In this document: positions 27,503-37,857 of the stretch, piece by piece
Layout: every line of letters begins with the position of its first letter
Numbering within the stretch: position 1 is the first letter of the stretch
Source: an uncultured Acidobacteriota bacterium
GTDB lineage: Bacteria; Acidobacteriota; Thermoanaerobaculia; Multivoradales; UBA5704
Direction: 5' to 3'
NCBI GenBank assembly: GCA_963770895.1
Contig: CAVYRF010000002.1
Coordinates: forward strand, 4,736,001-4,800,000
Length of the DNA stretch: 64,000 bases
Notes under the pieces: generated by a model
Seen by the model: the letters and a program-made list of their open reading frames with translations, nothing else
Told to the model about the DNA's origin: nothing
Databases searched by the model: none
Position numbers and translations under genes: made by a program

Positions 27503-29203
27503 ATGAGGGAGATCGCGGCGGAAGCGCTGCTGCGGGAGTTTGGAGTGGAGGCCCACGAGCGCCTGGGGCGAGTCGAGGGTATGCTGCTGGAGCTGCCGGA
27601 TGTGCCGCTGGAGTTTTTCGACGAGCGCCTGGACCAGATCCGGCGCGATCTGCATACCCTGAAAGGCAATTCGGCGCTGGTCGGCCTGGGCGAGCTGCAG
27701 GCGCTGGCGCACGAGATGGAAGACCTTGCCGACGAGCTGGCGCCGGGCCGCGTGCGCATCACGCCTCTGCTCGCCGAAGTGGATCGCTTCCGCCGCGTGC
27801 TGGTGGCCGCCGAAGCGCAGGCCCGCCGCGGCGTCCACGCCACCCATGGCGCCCACGCCTCCCATGCCTCTCATGCTGCCCAGCCTGCGCATGGTGGCCG
27901 CGTCGATGGCGGCGCTGCCGGTGCCGAACCGCCCGCAGGCCTGGGCGCGGCGTCCGGTGGCGGCGCCGCGGCTGGCGCGTCCGCTGATACGGCCGGCGCC
28001 GCGGTCGCAGGCGCCGGCCGGGCTCCGGACACCGAGGCGGCCAGCGCCCGCATCCCCTTTGGCGCCATCGATGGGCTGATCGAGCTGCTGGCCGAGGTGG
28101 TGATGTTCCGCAACCGGCTGACCGACGGCCTGGGCCGCCTGCAGGCCGAACCGACCGCCTGGGAGCAGGTGCAGCGGGCGCATCAGGGATTGGGCGCCAC
28201 GCTCGACCTGCTGCAGGAGGGCGTGCTGCGGCTGCGCATGGTGCCGCTGCGCACGCTCTTCGGCCAGCTGCACCGGCTGGTGTACGACGAGCGCGAGCAG
28301 CAGGGCAAGGCGGTGCAGCTGGTCACCGAAGGCGGCGACACGCCGCTCGACAAGGGGCTGCTGGAGCTGGCGAGCGAGGTGCTGGGTCACCTGGTGCGCA
28401 ACGCGGTGACGCACGGCATCGAGGCGCCCGCCGAGCGGCTGCGCCTGGGCAAGCCGGAGCAGGGGAGCCTGCGCCTGTCCGCCTTCGCCACCGCGCGCGA
28501 GGTGCGCATCGACGTCGAAGACGACGGGCGCGGCCTGGACACCGCGGCGATCGGAGCTGCGGCGGCGCGCCTGCGCGTCCCCGGCGCGGCGACCGCCGAC
28601 CCGGCGCAGCTGGTGTTTCTGCCGGGGCTGACGACGCGCGCCAGCGCCGACCTGAGCGGCGGCCGCGGCATCGGCCTGGCCGCGGTGCGCGCGGCGGTGG
28701 TGCGGCGCGGCGGCCGCATCGAGCTGGTGTCCGAAGAGGGGGCGGGCAGCTTGTTCCGCCTTACTCTGCCGCTCAGCGCCTCGATCACCCGCGCCCTGCT
28801 GCTGCGCTGCGACACCGAGCTGTACGCCCTGCCGCTGCGCGCGGTGGTCGAAGGCTTGCGCTTTCGCGCCGGCGAGCTGCACGAAGTCAACGGCGCCGGC
28901 ATCCTGCGCTGGCACGGCAAGATCCTGCCGGCGCTGGACCTGGGTTGCAGCTTCGGCACCGCGGCCGAGCGCCGCGCCGCCGGCTACGCGGTGGTGATCG
29001 AAGAGGGGCCGCGCCAGCGCGCCTTGCTGGTGGACGAGATCCAGGGCGCGCGCGACGTGGTGGTCAAGGGGCTGGACCCGGTGCTGGGCACCGGCGGCGG
29101 CGGGCTCGGCGGCTCGACCGTGCTGGGCGACGGCCGCGCCGTGCTGCTGCTCGACCCCCTGGGCCTGCTCGATCTGCCCCTGGCCACTCAGGTGCCGTCA
29201 TGA
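27503..29203 (+). CDS. cheA: Chemotaxis histidine kinase
   Basis: Hpt HTLKG, HLVRNAVTHG, DDGRG, GRGIG, C-terminal CheW-like domain. Confidence 0.93.
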   Translation: MREIAAEALLREFGVEAHERLGRVEGMLLELPDVPLEFFDERLDQIRRDLHTLKGNSALVGLGELQALAHEMEDLADELAPGRVRITPLLAEVDRFRRVLVAAEAQARRGVHATHGAHASHASHAAQPAHGGRVDGGAAGAEPPAGLGAASGGGAAAGASADTAGAAVAGAGRAPDTEAASARIPFGAIDGLIELLAEVVMFRNRLTDGLGRLQAEPTAWEQVQRAHQGLGATLDLLQEGVLRLRMVPLRTLFGQLHRLVYDEREQQGKAVQLVTEGGDTPLDKGLLELASEVLGHLVRNAVTHGIEAPAERLRLGKPEQGSLRLSAFATAREVRIDVEDDGRGLDTAAIGAAAARLRVPGAATADPAQLVFLPGLTTRASADLSGGRGIGLAAVRAAVVRRGGRIELVSEEGAGSLFRLTLPLSASITRALLLRCDTELYALPLRAVVEGLRFRAGELHEVNGAGILRWHGKILPALDLGCSFGTAAERRAAGYAVVIEEGPRQRALLVDEIQGARDVVVKGLDPVLGTGGGGLGGSTVLGDGRAVLLLDPLGLLDLPLATQVPS

Positions 29204-30177
29204 GCCGCACCCCCAAGGGCGGCGGGCGCCCCGACCGCGACGCCGGCGCCGACACCGCGCCGGAGCCGGCGCCCGCATCGCCTGCACCGTCCACATCGTC
29301 GGCAGCGCAGGCGTCGCCCGCGCCGCAGGGTGAAACTCAAGAGGCACTGCCGGCGGGTGCGGTGCCGCCGCCGCCACCACCGCGCCTGGAGCTGCCGGCC
29401 TGGGGCATGGCCGACGAGATTCTGGCCGGCCTCGATGCCGGCGGCCTGGGCGGCGTCGGACCGACCGCCTTCATGACGTCCGCGGTGCCGGCGTCGGCCG
29501 TGGCGCCGGTCGCGGACAGCTTGTCGGCGCCGCCGGACGCGGCCGCCACCGCCGCCCGCCAGCGCGTCTACTCGTTTGCCGACGCCCTGGCACGGCGCGG
29601 CGCCGCGGTGGCGCGGGCGGCGCAGGAGCAGCCCGAAAGCTGGGTGATCTTCGAGCTCGCGGGCGAGCGCTTCGGCCTGCCGGTGACGTCGGTGCAGGAG
29701 ATCCTGCGCGTCGGCGCCATCACCCGCGTGCCCCACACCCCGGCGCCGGTGCGCGGTATCACCAACCTGCGCGGCCGCGTGCTGGCGGTGGTGGACCTGC
29801 GCGTGCGCCTGGGCATGCCGTCGGCGGAGCTGACCGCGCGCAACCGCATACTGGTGGTCGATTCCCGCCAGCGCACGCTGGGCCTGCTGGTGGACGCCGC
29901 GCTGCAGGTGGTCAAGCTGCTGCCGAGCACCCTGGAGGCGGCGCCGTCCGACGTGGTGTCGATGCGCTCGGACTACCTGCTGGGGGTCTACCACCTGGAC
30001 GACCAGCTGATCATCGCCCTGGACCTCGACCGCGTGCTGTTGGTCCATCCCGAAGCCGAAGACGGCGCCGACAGCGGCGAAGCCGGTGACCCGGCGGGTG
30101 CGGCGGGCGCCTTGGGTGCCGCGGCCGGACCGGCGGCGGCCGCGTTGCCCGCGCCGGCGGCGGGACCGGAGCCGTGA
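29200..30177 (+). CDS. cheW: CheW with long low-complexity N-terminus
   Basis: VQEILR..ITRVP..VRGITNLRGRVLAVVDL. Confidence 0.92.
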   Translation: MSRTPKGGGRPDRDAGADTAPEPAPASPAPSTSSAAQASPAPQGETQEALPAGAVPPPPPPRLELPAWGMADEILAGLDAGGLGGVGPTAFMTSAVPASAVAPVADSLSAPPDAAATAARQRVYSFADALARRGAAVARAAQEQPESWVIFELAGERFGLPVTSVQEILRVGAITRVPHTPAPVRGITNLRGRVLAVVDLRVRLGMPSAELTARNRILVVDSRQRTLGLLVDAALQVVKLLPSTLEAAPSDVVSMRSDYLLGVYHLDDQLIIALDLDRVLLVHPEAEDGADSGEAGDPAGAAGALGAAAGPAAAALPAPAAGPEP

Positions 30178-30262
30178 CCTGCGCCGGCTCTTTCCGGATC
30201 GATCCACCTTGCCGCGACTGCTGTCTCCGCTCACGGTCCTCAGGGCCACGAGGTAAAGCCGC

Positions 30263-30709
30263 ATGAGACCATGGCTCAAGTCATTTCTACTGCCGGCGGC
30301 GCTTGCCCTGGCGCTGGGCGGTGCGCCGGCGCCGGCGGCGGGCGCCGAGGGGTTTGAAGTGATCGTCAACGCCGCGAACCCCACGCCGTCGCTGCCGGCG
30401 GCCCAGGTGTCGCGCTTTTTCCTGCATCGCGAGGTGAAGTGGCCGGCCGGGGCGCAGGTCGAACCGGTCGACCTGCCGGAAGACTCGCCGGTGCGCGACG
30501 CCTTTTCGCACGCCATCCACGCCAAGACCACCGCCGCGATCAAAGCCTATTGGCAGCGCCTCATCTTTTCGGGCAAGGACGTGCCGCCGCCGGAGAAGCC
30601 GGCGGCCGAGGCGGTGCGCTTCGTGCGCTCCGACGTCGGCGCCATCGCCTACGTCGCGCCGGGCACGCCGCTCGGCGCGGGCGTGAAGGTGCTCAAGGTC
30701 ACGCCGTGA
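30263..30709 (+). CDS. Small periplasmic PstS-like binding protein
   Basis: Signal peptide; VIVN..YWQRLIFSGK..PP..GAIAYV. Confidence 0.8.
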   Translation: MRPWLKSFLLPAALALALGGAPAPAAGAEGFEVIVNAANPTPSLPAAQVSRFFLHREVKWPAGAQVEPVDLPEDSPVRDAFSHAIHAKTTAAIKAYWQRLIFSGKDVPPPEKPAAEAVRFVRSDVGAIAYVAPGTPLGAGVKVLKVTP

Positions 30710-30748
30710 GGGCCGGCTTGCCGGCGATCTGAAGGAGCGGGAGACGGT

Positions 30749-32809
30749 ATGCTCAAAAACCTGAAGGTGGCGCACAAGATCGCGTTGATGCCGGTGCTGG
30801 CGCTGATCGGCTTCGTGGTGGTGCTGGTCATCTCGCAGCAGTTGAGCAGCGAGAGCAGCGATCGGCTGCGGTTCATCCAGCAGGAATATCTGCCCGCGGT
30901 GCAGGCCAGCCGCGACCTGCAGGAGACGCTGACCAACATCCAGCGCGGTCTGCAGGACGCGGTGGCGGCCAACGATGCCGGCATGCTGGCCGAGGCCGAC
31001 GCGCAGAGCGAGCGCTTCCAGTCGACGCTCGAGGGCCAGAGCGGCAACCAGATGCCCTTCGCCGCCGACGCGCGCGCCATCTCCGCCGCCTTCACCGACT
31101 ATTACAAACAGGCGCGCGCCACCACCGAGCGCATGATCAAGGGCGAGCACGGCGACGACGTGGTCAAGGCGATGCAGACCATGCGGCAGCAGTACAACGC
31201 GGTGCACGGCAGCCTGGAGGACTTCAACGCCAAGTGCCTGCTGCAGACGGCGCTGTCGTTCGACGGCGCCAAGGCCAACCAGGGGTTGGTGGTCAGGATC
31301 TCGGTGCTGGTGACGGCGCTGATCGTGCTGACGCTGGGGGTGCTGTCGTACTTCGTCATCCGCTCGCTCACCCGGCCGCTGTCGCAGGCGGTGGCGGTGG
31401 CCGGCCGCCTGTCGCAGGGCGACATGGGAGTCGGCATCATCCCCACCTCGCACGACGAGGTGGGAGAGCTGCAGCGCGCCATGGCCAGCATGATCGTCTA
31501 CCTGCGCGAGATGGCGCGCGTCGCCGACGCCATCGCCGCCGGCGACCTGACCTCCAACGTCGAGCCGCGGTCTCCGGCCGACAGCTTCGGGCGTGCGTTC
31601 CAGCGCATGACCGCCAACCTGCGCCAGATGCTGGGCGCGGTCAAGGAGTCGACCGGCCAGGTGGCGACCACCGCCGACGAGATCTCGGCGTCGGCGCTGC
31701 AGATCACCCGCGGCGCCGAAACCCAGTCCAGCTCGACCGAGGAGACTTCCGCGACGATGGTGGAGATGGCGGCGCAGATCGACAGCGTGAACCGCTCGAT
31801 GCAGGCGCTGGCCACCAACGTCGAGGAGACGTCCAGCTCGATCCAGGAGATGGGCGCCTCGATCGACAACGTGGCGCGCGGCTCCGAAAGCGTGCTGGCG
31901 GCGGTCGACCAGACCGCCACCACGGTCGAGCAGATGACCGCTTCCATCCACTCGATCGCCGGCAAGGTGGCGGTCGTCGACCAGGTGTCGCGCGAAGCCG
32001 CGGCGGCCGCCGACCAGGGCGGCGCACGCCTGTCGCGCGTCATCCAGGGGATCAGCGCCTCGGGCAAGGACATCGGCAAGATCCTGCGCATCATCGAGGA
32101 GATCGCCGACCAGACCAACCTGCTGGCGCTCAACGCCGCCATCGAAGCGGCGCGCGCCGGCGACGCCGGGCGCGGTTTCGCGGTGGTCGCCGAAGAGGTC
32201 AAGCGGCTGGCGGAGCGTTCGATGCTGTCGACGCGCGAAATCTCGACGGTGGTCGACTCGGTGCAGCGGGACACCGACGAAGCGGTGCAGCTGTCGCAGA
32301 ACGTGCTGCACCAGATCGTGGAAGCGGTGGGCCGCACCACCACGGTGGTCAGCGAGGTGCACACCGCCACCCGCGAGCAGACCAGCGGCGCGGCGCAGAT
32401 CCTGTCCACCGTCAGCTCGATGCAGACCACCATGCAGCAGCTGGCTACCGCGGCGCGCGAGCAGGCGCAGGGGGCGCGCCAGATCCTCTCCGCGGTGGGC
32501 GGCATGAACCGCATGACGCTGCAGGTGGCCGACGCCACCGGCGAGCAGATGCGCGCCGGCGACCAGGTGGTCAAGGCGGTCGACCAGATCGCGCAGGTGG
32601 CGCAGCAGCATCGCTCCGCCACCGAGCAGCTGTCGCGCGCCACGCAGAGCCTGGCTTCCGAGGCCGAGCGCATGCGCCGCCTGACGGAAGTGTTCCAGTT
32701 GAGCGGCGCGGCACCGCCGGCGCCGGCCCCGGCGGTGCGGCACGACCGCCACGACCGCGCCGGCGACCGGCCGGTGCGCTACGAGCGCGAGAGATCGGCG
32801 CGGGCATGA
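30749..32809 (+). CDS. Methyl-accepting chemotaxis protein
   Basis: Two TM segments, HAMP domains, [33 protein letters not shown]. Confidence 0.97.
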   Translation: MLKNLKVAHKIALMPVLALIGFVVVLVISQQLSSESSDRLRFIQQEYLPAVQASRDLQETLTNIQRGLQDAVAANDAGMLAEADAQSERFQSTLEGQSGNQMPFAADARAISAAFTDYYKQARATTERMIKGEHGDDVVKAMQTMRQQYNAVHGSLEDFNAKCLLQTALSFDGAKANQGLVVRISVLVTALIVLTLGVLSYFVIRSLTRPLSQAVAVAGRLSQGDMGVGIIPTSHDEVGELQRAMASMIVYLREMARVADAIAAGDLTSNVEPRSPADSFGRAFQRMTANLRQMLGAVKESTGQVATTADEISASALQITRGAETQSSSTEETSATMVEMAAQIDSVNRSMQALATNVEETSSSIQEMGASIDNVARGSESVLAAVDQTATTVEQMTASIHSIAGKVAVVDQVSREAAAAADQGGARLSRVIQGISASGKDIGKILRIIEEIADQTNLLALNAAIEAARAGDAGRGFAVVAEEVKRLAERSMLSTREISTVVDSVQRDTDEAVQLSQNVLHQIVEAVGRTTTVVSEVHTATREQTSGAAQILSTVSSMQTTMQQLATAAREQAQGARQILSAVGGMNRMTLQVADATGEQMRAGDQVVKAVDQIAQVAQQHRSATEQLSRATQSLASEAERMRRLTEVFQLSGAAPPAPAPAVRHDRHDRAGDRPVRYERERSARA

Positions 32810-34905
32810 CGACCTTCTCACGCGGCGACGCCCAGGATCTCGGCCTGCCGAGCTGGGAAGAGTGCATGGAGCTGCTCGACCGCCTGCCGGCGCTGCCGGT
32901 CGCGGCGCGCGCCGAAGCGCTGCAGCGCCTGTTGCGCAACGCCAGCCCCGGCATCCGCGAGCGGGCGCTGCGGCTGGGCGCCGCCATCCTGGCGGACGAC
33001 GCGCTGGTCGAGCTGCTGCGCGACGACGCCGACGCGGTGATGCGCAACGCCGGGCTGGAGATCCTCAAGATGCGCGGCGGCCGCAGCTATGCGGTCGCCA
33101 TCCGGCTGCTGCGCGACGCCGATTCCGATGTGGTGTTGCAGGCGGTGCTCATCCTGGACCACCTGCGCGATCCGCGGGCGCTGGCGCCGCTGCGCGCCGC
33201 GCTGGTCAACTCCGACCCCAACGTGGTGCAGGGGGTGATCCTGGCGATCGGCCGGCTGGGCAATGCCGGCTCGGTGCCCGACCTGCTGCCGTTTCTGGCC
33301 GCCGACCCGTGGTTGCAGATGGCGGCGGTGCAGGCGCTGGGGGACCTGCGCTCGGTGCGCGCCGTGCGGCCGCTCGCCAACCTGCTGACCGACCTGATCG
33401 TCGGCCCGATGGCGGCAGAAGCGGTGGCGCGCATCGGCGGGTCGCTGGCGCTGCGCACCCTGGCGGCGCACTGGCTGAGCTACGGCGAGCAGCTCGACGC
33501 CGCCTCCATGCTGGGGCTGCTGGCGCACGTCCTGGAAGGGTTGCGGCGGCCGCCGGCGGAGATGCCCGAAATGCTGCTGCCGTCGCTCGCCGCGCGGCTC
33601 GAAGACCCGGCGCACGAAGTGCGGGCGGCGGCGGCGCGCGCCCTGCTGGCACTGGGTCCGTCGGCCTGGGACGGCGACGCCGTAGGGGTGCTGGCGGCGC
33701 AGGCCGCGGAGGCGGCGGTGCCGCTCGGGGATGGCGCGCCGACGGCCGGCAGCGGCCGGGGCGATCGGCGATTTGCCGCGGCGGCCGCCGGCGGTGGGGC
33801 GTCCGAGGGGCGGGCCGGCGACACGGCGGGTGCGGCAGGCGGCGCGGGCACCGCGGCGGACGCGGCGCGCGCGCTGGCGGCGGGGGCCATCGCGTTTCCG
33901 CCGGCGCTCGAACGGCGCGGCGACCTGGCCGCGGCGCTGCTGGCGCAGCCCGGCTTTCCGCGGGCGTGGGGAGTGCTGTTGTGCGCGCGCCTGGGCGCGG
34001 CGGTGCCGGTGGCGGAGTTTCTGGCGGCGGCGGCCGACGCGGCGGCCACGCCCGAGCTGCTGCCGTCGTGCGTCAAGGTGCTGAGCCGGCTGCGCCATGC
34101 GCAGGCCGGCGCGGCGATCCTGGACGTCTACCTGGCGGTGCCGGCGGATGCCCGCGCCACCCTTGCGTCGCTTTTGGTGCGCCGGCGCGACGAGGTGCGC
34201 GCGGCGCTCGGCGCGCGCCCGGCGGGCGAGGACCTGGACCCGGTCGATCGGCTGGTCGTCCTGGCGCGCCTGGGCGAGCCGGCGGCGGCGGTGGTCGCGG
34301 CGATCCTCGACCTGGCCCCGGCGCAGCGGGTGGCGGCGGTGCTGCAGCTGGCCGGCCTGCGCGCCGTGGTGCGCGCGCTGCCGTGGCAGCAGTGGCTGCG
34401 CGAGGACCCCGCGGTGTATGCCGAGGCGGCGGCGGAGGCCGCCAGCCAGGCGCAGCTGCGCGAGCTGCTGCCGGCCCTGCGCGAGCTGCCGGCGGCGGTG
34501 GCGACGCCGACCCTGCTGCGCGCGTTTGGCGAGCTGGCCGACCGCGCCAGCGTGCCGGTGCTGCTGGAGCTTGCCGCCAGCCGCCCGGCGCTGCGCGCGC
34601 TGGCGCTCGAGAGCCTGGGGCGGATCGGCGGCCCGGAGGCGCGCGCGGCGCTGTCGGCGGCGGCCCGCGCCGGGCGTGGCGGCGAGGCGCGCGCCGCCTA
34701 TCGCGCCCTCACCCTGTGCGCGGCCGAAGAGGACGAAGGGCTGTTCCGCGCCACGGTCACCCATCCCGATTGGTACGTGCGGCTGCTCTGCGTCGAAGTG
34801 CTGGGACGCTTCGGGCGCCCCGAGAACCTGAACGCCTTGGCGCGCCTGGCGGGCGATCCGGTGCCCGCCGTGGCCAGCCGCGCTCTCGCCCTGCTCGAAG
34901 GTTGA
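32806..34905 (+). CDS. HEAT repeat protein
   Basis: Repeated 'L.D.D..V...A..ALG' units; ATGA overlap with the MCP. Confidence 0.85.
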   Translation: MTTFSRGDAQDLGLPSWEECMELLDRLPALPVAARAEALQRLLRNASPGIRERALRLGAAILADDALVELLRDDADAVMRNAGLEILKMRGGRSYAVAIRLLRDADSDVVLQAVLILDHLRDPRALAPLRAALVNSDPNVVQGVILAIGRLGNAGSVPDLLPFLAADPWLQMAAVQALGDLRSVRAVRPLANLLTDLIVGPMAAEAVARIGGSLALRTLAAHWLSYGEQLDAASMLGLLAHVLEGLRRPPAEMPEMLLPSLAARLEDPAHEVRAAAARALLALGPSAWDGDAVGVLAAQAAEAAVPLGDGAPTAGSGRGDRRFAAAAAGGGASEGRAGDTAGAAGGAGTAADAARALAAGAIAFPPALERRGDLAAALLAQPGFPRAWGVLLCARLGAAVPVAEFLAAAADAAATPELLPSCVKVLSRLRHAQAGAAILDVYLAVPADARATLASLLVRRRDEVRAALGARPAGEDLDPVDRLVVLARLGEPAAAVVAAILDLAPAQRVAAVLQLAGLRAVVRALPWQQWLREDPAVYAEAAAEAASQAQLRELLPALRELPAAVATPTLLRAFGELADRASVPVLLELAASRPALRALALESLGRIGGPEARAALSAAARAGRGGEARAAYRALTLCAAEEDEGLFRATVTHPDWYVRLLCVEVLGRFGRPENLNALARLAGDPVPAVASRALALLEG

Positions 34906-34943
34906 AGCGGGCGGGCGGCGGCGGAGCGGCGGAGGCGTAGGCG

Positions 34944-35858
34944 ATGCGGGTGCTCGGATCATCCATGCGCGCGGTGCCGGAGGCGATGACGCAGGAAGAG
35001 TACCTGCTGCTCAACGAGCTGATCTCCGGCGACATCGGGGTCGCGTTCCCCGAACACAAGCGCGACGTGCTGGAGGCGCGCCTGCGCCCGCATTTGCAGG
35101 CGCTGCGGCTGCGGCGCTACCTGGATTACTACTACCTGCTGCAGGGCGGCGACGAAGCCGAGCGGCGCCTCCTGGCGCAGCTGGTGACCAACAATGAAAC
35201 CTATTTTTTCCGCGAGACGCAGCAGTTCGACGTGCTGTTCGAGCACGCCTTTGACGATCTGAAGGCGGGCGCCGCCGTGCCCGGCGGCCTGCGCCTGCTG
35301 TCGGCGGGCTGCTCGTCGGGCGAAGAGGTGTACACGCTCAGCATCATCGCCCGGCAGAACTTCGTGCGCCTGGCCGGCACCTCGCTGACGATCGACGCCT
35401 TCGACGTGGATCTCACCCGCGTCGAGACGGCGCGCCGCGGCGAATACGCCGGCGCCTCGTTTCGCGCCACCAGCCGCGAGCAGCTGGAGCGCTACTTCGT
35501 GCCGGTCGGCGGCAACGGGGCGGCGGCCGCCGCCCCGGAGGTCATCGGGCTGCCGGGGGCCATCGGGCGCTATGCGGTCAAGACGTTTTTCCACGGCGGC
35601 CTGCGGTTCAACCACGGCAACATCCTGGAGCTGGACAGCTTCGCCGCTCCCGTCGCCTACGACGCGGTGTTCTGCCGCAACGTCTTCATCTACTTTTCCG
35701 AGCCGGCGCTGCACCGGGCGGTGGCCAACTTCGCCGCCGTGCTGCGGCGCGGCGGCCTGCTGTTCCTCGGCCACTCCGAATCGATCATCGGCCTGTCCGA
35801 CCGCTTCGAAACCGTCCGCCTGCGCAACCTGATCGCCTATCGCAAGGTGCGGGATTGA
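34944..35858 (+). CDS. cheR: Chemotaxis methyltransferase
   Basis: TNNETYFFRE, SAGCSSGEE, FCRNVFIYF, LGHSE. Confidence 0.95.
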   Translation: MRVLGSSMRAVPEAMTQEEYLLLNELISGDIGVAFPEHKRDVLEARLRPHLQALRLRRYLDYYYLLQGGDEAERRLLAQLVTNNETYFFRETQQFDVLFEHAFDDLKAGAAVPGGLRLLSAGCSSGEEVYTLSIIARQNFVRLAGTSLTIDAFDVDLTRVETARRGEYAGASFRATSREQLERYFVPVGGNGAAAAAPEVIGLPGAIGRYAVKTFFHGGLRFNHGNILELDSFAAPVAYDAVFCRNVFIYFSEPALHRAVANFAAVLRRGGLLFLGHSESIIGLSDRFETVRLRNLIAYRKVRD

Positions 35859-36988
35859 GTCCCATCCGCGTGGCGGTCGCCGACGATTCGGCGTTCATCC
35901 GCCAGGCGGTCGCCCGCATGCTGCAAGGGGAGAGCGGCATCGCGCTGGCGGGCCAGGCGGGCTCCGGCGAAGAGCTGCTCGACCACCTGGACAGCTGGCG
36001 CCCCGACGTCATCATCCTGGATCTGTCCATGCCCGGCCTGGGCGGCCTGGCGACGCTCGACGCCATCATGGTGCGGCGCCCGACGCCGGTCCTCATCCTG
36101 TCCACCCATTCGCGGCAGGACGCGCCGCAGACCATCGAAGCGCTGCACCGCGGCGCGCTCGACTTCATCGACAAGCAGCAGTACTCGCTGGTCGATTTCG
36201 AGCGCCTGCGTGCGGTGCTGCTCGAAAAGATCCGCCACCTGACGCGCCGTTCCACGGTCGACCCGCCGGCCGGCGCGGCCATCGGTGCGGGAGCGGCCGC
36301 GGGTGCGGCGGCAGCGGTCGCGGACGGGGGTGGCGGCGGTGCCGGCGCCGAGCGCCGGGGCGGCAGCACCGGTGGGAGGGGGGATGCGGGCGGCAGTGCG
36401 GAACCCGAGGTCGTGCTGATCGGGGCGTCGACCGGCGGGCCGCCGGCCATCGAGGCGATCCTGCGCCAGCTGGGCGACAGCCTGCCGCTGCCGGTGGTCG
36501 TCGTGCAGCACATGCCGGCGGGGTTCACGCGCTCGTTCGCGGAGCGGCTCAATGCCGGCCTGCCCCTGCCGGTGCGCGAAGCGACCCACGAAGAGCCGCT
36601 GGTGTCCGGCACCGTCTACGTGGCGCCCGGCGGGGTCCACCTGCGGCTGCTGCGGGCGCGCGGCGGCCTGCGCGTCTCGCTGTCGTCGGCGCCCGAGGGG
36701 AGCACCCACCGGCCGTCCATCGACCACCTGTTCGCGTCCGCGGCGGCGGTGACCGGGGGCCGGGTCCTGGCCGTGGTGCTGACCGGCATGGGGCACGACG
36801 GTGCAGCGGGGGTGGCGGCGCTGGCGCACGCGGGCGCCTACGTCATCGCCCAGGACGAGGCGACCGCCGCGGTGCACGGCATGCCGCGGGCGGCCATCGC
36901 CACCGGCGGCGTGCGCGAAGTGCTGCCGCTCGCCCTGATCGGGCGGCGCCTGCTGGAGCTGCTGAGCGAATCGGACGACGACGCCTAG
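35855..36988 (+). CDS. cheB: Chemotaxis methylesterase (REC + esterase)
   Basis: DDS..LDLSMP; GASTGG, QHMP, RPSID, LTGMGHDG. Confidence 0.95.
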   Translation: MSPIRVAVADDSAFIRQAVARMLQGESGIALAGQAGSGEELLDHLDSWRPDVIILDLSMPGLGGLATLDAIMVRRPTPVLILSTHSRQDAPQTIEALHRGALDFIDKQQYSLVDFERLRAVLLEKIRHLTRRSTVDPPAGAAIGAGAAAGAAAAVADGGGGGAGAERRGGSTGGRGDAGGSAEPEVVLIGASTGGPPAIEAILRQLGDSLPLPVVVVQHMPAGFTRSFAERLNAGLPLPVREATHEEPLVSGTVYVAPGGVHLRLLRARGGLRVSLSSAPEGSTHRPSIDHLFASAAAVTGGRVLAVVLTGMGHDGAAGVAALAHAGAYVIAQDEATAAVHGMPRAAIATGGVREVLPLALIGRRLLELLSESDDDA

Positions 36989-37395
36989 CGAACGATGGCC
37001 ACGTCGTCGTGCGGGGTGCGCGGGGCGCTGGGGGTCAGCACGCGGCGGGCCAGCTCCAGGATCGCTTCGTTGCGGAACGGCTTGCGGACGTAAGCGGCGG
37101 CGCCGGCCTGCAGGCCGCGGATGGTGTCGGCTTCCTTGCCTTCGGTGCTGATGATGATCACCGGGATCTGCGCCAGCGCCGCGTCCTTTTTGAGCTGGGC
37201 CAGCAGCTCAAGGCCGTTCATCGCCGGCATGTTGATGTCGAGGAACATGAGGTCGACGTCGGGGTGCTCGGCCAGCCGCGCCAGCGCTTCGCGGCCGTCC
37301 ATGGCATGCACCAGCGACGCCTTGGGGAAGATCACGGCGAAGAGCTTGTGGATCAGCTGCGAATCGTCGATGACGAGGATTTTCTGCGGCTGCAT
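36985..37395 (-). CDS. Single-domain response regulator (CheY-like)
   Basis: IDDS, LDINMP, ST, KPF. Confidence 0.92.
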   Translation of the reverse strand: MQPQKILVIDDSQLIHKLFAVIFPKASLVHAMDGREALARLAEHPDVDLMFLDINMPAMNGLELLAQLKKDAALAQIPVIIISTEGKEADTIRGLQAGAAAYVRKPFRNEAILELARRVLTPSAPRTPHDDVAIVR

Positions 37396-37857
37396 GGTTC
37401 CTCTCGATCCTCTCCGGTATCTCGGGTGTCTCCGGGCTCCGGGGTCTCCGGGTTCCGGGACGCGGGTCGGCGGACCGACCCCTGTTGCTTACAGTGCGTC
37501 TGCAGGCCCCAGACGCGAAATCCAATTTGGGCAGCCCCAGCGTTGAAGTTTGAGCAGCCCTCGCGTTGATGAGCGAAAGATACCAGAACACAACCGACTC
37601 GTCTATCCCCGTGGGACGTTTGGGGTCATTTTAATCCCATTTCGCAAAAATTAGGGATGCCCGGTATCGTATCTGGCGTCAGTGGCCAGCCTGCCGCCGG
37701 GGGCTGGTGTCGCAGGCCGGGCGCTGATGGCGGCGGGCTGGCGTGGGGCGCCGGGGAATGTGGCGGCGGGCTGGCGTGGCCCGCCGGGGTGCGGCCCCCG
37801 CCCCCCTGGCTGCCTGGCCCCCTGGGCGCGGTCTTTGCTCTATGGGAGGATCCACCC

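Noticed and set aside
31234-34905. 1223-aa ORF
   Set aside because: The 5' half is an alternative frame over the MCP; the real HEAT gene starts at ATG 32806
37410-37790. Short tandem repeats (CTCCGGG-like units; TGGCGGCGGGCTGGCGTGG twice)
   Set aside because: Low-complexity GC-rich intergenic sequence with no regular repeat-spacer structure
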